From NCBI GenBank assembly GCA_040954595.2, contig CM082591.2:2441258-2505257 (forward strand): a DNA stretch of 64,000 nucleotides, read 5' to 3'. The notes beneath the pieces are model-generated. The model worked only from the letters and a program-made list of their open reading frames with translations, had not been told where the DNA came from and searched no databases. Below, one piece after another: positions 58,895 to 64,000 of this stretch. Each line of letters begins with the position of its first letter. Within the stretch, counting starts at the first letter, position 1. The DNA is from Balanoglossus misakiensis (taxonomy: Eukaryota; Animalia; Hemichordata). The translations under genes and the position numbers were made by a program.

Positions 58895-61800
58895 AACTAT
58901 TCCTGACGTCAAGCCTCATAAGTTCAAATATCAGTTACTGGACACACAACCAGCCATGTTGTACACCTGTACTCTAAAGACACAGGCACATGAGTTGGAA
59001 TGCACATTCATAAGTTTACATGGAAAACAGCAAGTTTGAACAAACCCAAAGTTGCGTATTATACAGCTTGACAAAACGTCCAATGAAAAACAAAGCAAAA
59101 GAACACAGAATTTAACTGACAATTTCTTCGCAGAAAACTGAATCCCATATTAATAATTTCGGTCTTTGACCCACACTTCTAACATGTGCTCATCTGTGTT
59201 TACTTCCGCGTTCTGTTTGTAAACAAGTTCTTCGTCATGAAATAAATGACGTTCGAGAGTCGAATTCTTGAATGAATTGGCACGCACACCTCAGATTTGA
59301 ATTCTGGAGAAAGGTCTCTGACCTGCCCATTCCAAAGGAATATGGTTTTGTCTAAGGTATCCCGCCGAGTGCCTCGTAATTTGCACTTGTCAAACATAGC
59401 GCCAAACAAATTTCAGTCAAGCCCATCACCTTACCGAGATCTTATCATAGTACAATCCTCAACATGCACAATTAAAAATCTACTTCAAACTTTTTTTTAA
59501 TTTCTCCAATTTTAGATTATTGAATTAGTGCGATTCTCAACGAGGCGCTCTGATTCAACACAAAACAATCACGGAGTACTGACGACCCTTTCCTTCAGTG
59601 ACATTTTTTTTTGCTTTGTCGCTAATTTTGACGCCGTGTGATATGTCCTAGGCACCGATGAAAAGTGATCGGCCGCCATGTCGGTGCTCTGCTTGCTTTT
59701 GTTCTTTTATTTGGCTATAGTAGTGCCAACAATAAGACGCGTGGAATTGTTTTGAAAGCTAATTTTGTGGGGCTGCAATACGTATGGAAAACGCTTAGCA
59801 TTAGCTGCGCTATCTGCTGCCAGCCATCCGCGTGTACCTTTGCGCGCCAAAATTTGCAGAAAGCGACACTTGTTTTTGGCGCGCTTTGGCGGCAAAAATG
59901 TGTGGATTTTTGATACAATTTTTCGCGTGGACCGTGGCGTAAATTGTTGGAATTGCTCGGCAGTTTGATTCTTGTACACTGCCGCTGCTCTCTCGGCACA
60001 AAATTTGCGACAGTTGGCCCAACAATGCACATCTAAATAGGGCACAATTGACGACAACAATCACAGGCGGGATATTAATATAGTATAGGGATAGCGGTGA
60101 CCATCCAGCCTGAATGAGTGACGCCTCAATCTATTAATTGGAAATGCTCAATAGGCTCAGAATGATTTTCAAAGCTCCCAAAACCCCATGAAAGTAAGAC
60201 CAGAGTTACAAAATTAGGAGAGTCCGTTTCCAATGGCAACGGCTTGCTGCGGATGACGTACCAGGGAGGCTTTGTTGCTCCTGCACGTATATATGCGCAG
60301 AAGAAGTTTTTAACTCACATTTTACGCTTCGACTCCATTGCAGAACTAACGGTTAAGATATAACAGCTTTGAAGAAAAGACTCGGAAAAAAGACTATATA
60401 ACCCAAAGAAGAGGAGAAATTCAAAACAGGTAAAGAAACGATGTTTTTCCGCTTTTTTGACAGATTTTACGATTTCTGAACCGATGTTTCTACATGACGG
60501 GGCTTTTCACCGAGTCCACTTTCTTTATGGATGAGTCGTTTTGAGATGAATTTATTCTCCAACTTCAAATTTGACGCTCATTGGTTTAGAACAGTGAACG
60601 ACAAAAATAGTTCCTTTTGGCGCGCGCTGAGCGGAGTGTGCAACCATTAGAGACGGCCGAGGATTTCTCAATTGCTTATCAGTTATATAGATTTTAAAGT
60701 GGCATTTTTTTCTTGTCGCATTGTTGGTGGACGACACGATAAAGCAGTATGGTGTCCTATGATACTGTCATTACGTCGCGATCACGCTGACTTGTTTTTG
60801 TGCGCCGGGCGATGTCGCGGCCGTTCTCACTCAGGGGGTCCAATCATGTTTTTCAGTGGGGGATTTGACACACTGGGCGCGCTCACGCATTTCCACCTTA
60901 CACTTACGCCAATTGGATTCGTTCTTATCTTTCCGGGGATTTGGCAGACTTGTTACTTCGTGCGCGCGGGAAAACAAGCTGACGACAAACGCATTTAAAG
61001 ACTTTACACGAATAATTCGCGTAATGTTTAATTTATCGCATTTGAAACTTGACTGCATTCTAAGGGCAACAAAAGGCATTTGCACCAGAAAAGCTAAATT
61101 GCCAAGCTTACCCATTCCTTTTTACGTTTATATTTAATTTTTCTTATTGTGTTTGGGTGTTGTGGGCGACAATATGTATCGTGATTTTCACAGAATTCGG
61201 CAGGCGAAAGTAATATATTGAAAATAATAGTTTGTGTTTCGTTGAAGCAATCTTTAGTTTGCTTCTAAAATGTAAAATATTATGTATCATTCACGACGCA
61301 TGAACCTTTATCGGATAATGTCAAATTAATGCACTACATCAGTTCAATAGTAGTTTATCAGTGACGCTTTCCCGCCGAAATCGAATCGTTCAAATGTCAC
61401 CTGGAAATATCTTTCACACTTTTTAATCTCTGTCACCCGAGTTCTCAGTTTTCAACCCCGAATAATTCCACCAGCTTGACCGACTTATAATTCCAAATTA
61501 TAATTAAAATTGCAAGCATTGGAAGTTTATTTTCGAATTAGACGTCAAATTGTTTGCACGCGCGGGCACGTGCGTCTGAGCCCGTACGCATGCAACGCAG
61601 TCAAACCATGTGTTCTCAATTTATCAAACTAACTGATCTTGTTTATCGGAAACGTCGAAACAGTTTCTGCCGAACAATATACGCGGCGGGAAAATTCGAG
61701 TGGCGGGAAAAAATCGTCGTCTGCAAGACACATTTTTCTGTTGATCATATGTAAGATGGCGAACCTTTTACTGGGGGTTTCATTGAACGACAAAATGCTC

Positions 61801-64000
61801 AATTCAAAGTAATAAAAATGTCCGATTGATTTTTGTAATCACTTAACCGGCGTGTCTGTCTCCGATTAACACGACCATATCTTCATTTTCGCCCATTGAA
61901 TTATCCTTTCATTGCCCCAACCCCTCCAACAAGAAAGGCGAAGACTGTCAAAACAAGAAACATGTTCGGAACGGCAACGTGTAAAACACGAGACAATGGA
62001 CGCAATCAAATAATACAAAAACACATAACAATCCACAAATGGCTTTGCGGACTCATGGGGGTTGTCGGGCCGTGCTGGTCGACTATCGATGAGTGCAACT
62101 CGTATACATATGGGCTCCTAGAAATAAAAAAAAACTTCACCGCTAGTTGATTTTCTTGTTGGGTTTATTCATGAGCGTACGGACGCACACGCCAGCGTTA
62201 CCCAACACTTCAACATATGGTATACGCGACTCTGCGGTTGTGCTGGAGCTAGGTTTAGCGACTGTGTCCGCCGCTCTCGGTGAACAGTGCACTTCGGGGT
62301 TCTTCGAGGGCGGGAAACAAACCCGCCGACCGATCGGCGGAATTTTATTATCGAGAGCTGCTATACGGCAGCTGTCGGTTGCCGATGGAGTCGGACCGAG
62401 TTCTGTAGAATTTGCTCAAAAGTAATCGCTGTAATTGTCGCCGCCACAGCGTTTACGAAATCATGTGACCCAGGTATTACCCAATGTTCATACTAAGTAT
62501 TTTGGCCTGAAGAAGCACTTTTCAAACACAGTCTATATGCATACAATTCGAGAGAATTCAAATGTTTTCTTTCCTTTTACATTAATGAATGAATGAATAA
62601 TAATGATATCCAGTCTGTCTCGCCACAGTAAAAATGTTGACTAAACGCTGAAGAGTGTCGGCCATGTCCGCCAAGACCGCAATTTGAACAATATCAAAAC
62701 TGACAGACGATAGACCAAAGGTGTCTGGGGCAAATCTTCCATCGACGTGTTATTGGGAAGAGAGGCTAAAATTGTCTCGTGTACACAGTGCCGCTCATGC
62801 GCACCGGTGCATCAGCTAGCATGAAAAAAATCAAATTTGCAGACGATTAACCTGACAGATTTTACCGCGTAAACTATCCGAATAGAATTATACAAAATTT
62901 TAGTTCATGTAAAAAAAGTTTCACAACCCAGTTTAGATTTAATTCTGCGACAAGAATAGCTTTGTCTCAACTTGAAACTATTTATCCTTTCAAAGTTTCT
63001 ATGAAAAATGCGTTTGTGTGTTTTCCTATTGAAAATGTTGAGGAAATGTATCTTTGCGGAAGGGGTTACATTGTATACACATTGTAGAAAAGTGTAAACT
63101 TTGTAGGTCGATATGTTTGCTTTTCTGTTGTGTGCTGAAAGAAGCGGGACTTGCCTCGTGGATACTCGCTGAATAGCGGTTTATTTGCATTCGAAGTTTA
63201 GATTTCGTTATTCACGATGCTTTGAAAGAAAGCGGAAAGTGTTGGAATAGGAAAGACTTATTTCTTGAGGGAGAGTTGATAGAAATGTCTCCCTTCGTCA
63301 AAGCATTGAGACGTGGGAGTGATTTGGGCAGCGGGTAGAAGTAATCCTGTTTTCGGTCGCAGTGATCCGCCTCGGGGAACGGGGTAGAGTCAACGGGTAA
63401 AATACAGTGTTTACCTCTGACGCGGCCTTTTCTGTTCCGCTCGCCGTCACCCGTCCGTGGGGCGCTGAGGCGCGTTGCCGTCAGCGCCTCATATTGTTCA
63501 AATTAGCATATCCTCGCGCGCCGAAACCCCCCTTTCAAAAACTCTCTGCCGAAAAGGTCTCGTTTACGGCGGTGGAGTTGCAGTGTCCGACGGGCGTGTG
63601 TTCTCCAACGGAGGTCCACGCTTCACTCCTTCCCAGTGGCCCCTGAAGCGTCTGCGATGTATACAATCGCCCTTCCGCTTGACTAGTAGCGATCCGGGCG
63701 AAACGAATCGAAGTGTGATAGCGGGTCGGCGAATGCGAGACCTTTGAAATTCATTCAATTTACGAATTGAACTTCAAAATGACGGATATATTTAATGTAG
63801 TAGATTTATCTAATGTGCTTTACACAATAGACACCGAATAGAGTCCAGAAAAAAATCGCGTTTTTTTTTCTCCATGCGCGTACATTGTTACCACGGGCGA
63901 CTCATTTCGGATGTTTCGCGAATTTCGAAAAAGAAAGTACACATAATACCTGCTTCACCGATCACATCCGTTGATTTTGGGGGGCCCTAAAGATATTCCA

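Noticed and set aside
58596-58977. Poly-Gly and poly-Pro ORFs
   Set aside because: Translation of a (CCA/CCT)n microsatellite. The same applies to the poly-Asp/Met ORFs at ~29000 and the RE-repeat ORF at ~30100.

Overview
Eukaryotic (animal) genomic DNA, by style most likely a marine invertebrate deuterostome such as a hemichordate, echinoderm or amphioxus (inference only). It has three parts. (1) 1-~8350 is a very homogeneous 87-bp tandem satellite (~95 copies, running off the window start), capped by an ~120-bp fold-back made of its own degenerate sequence. (2) 8595-12872 (minus strand) is an 11-exon gene that I spliced by hand with all GT-AG introns in consistent phase (2760 nt, 919 aa). 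Its architecture is unusual: death-effector domain (DED), then a GT-B/GT4-like glycosyltransferase domain with degenerate catalytic motifs, then an RNase L/IRE1-type kinase without the KEN ribonuclease. It is a candidate novel innate-immune sensor kinase. (3) ~13-64 kb is a CpG-rich stretch with no recognisable coding exons. It holds microsatellites, small tandem duplications, a cluster of consecutive stem-loops and strongly over-represented GCAGACGA and E2F-like GGCGGGAA motifs.
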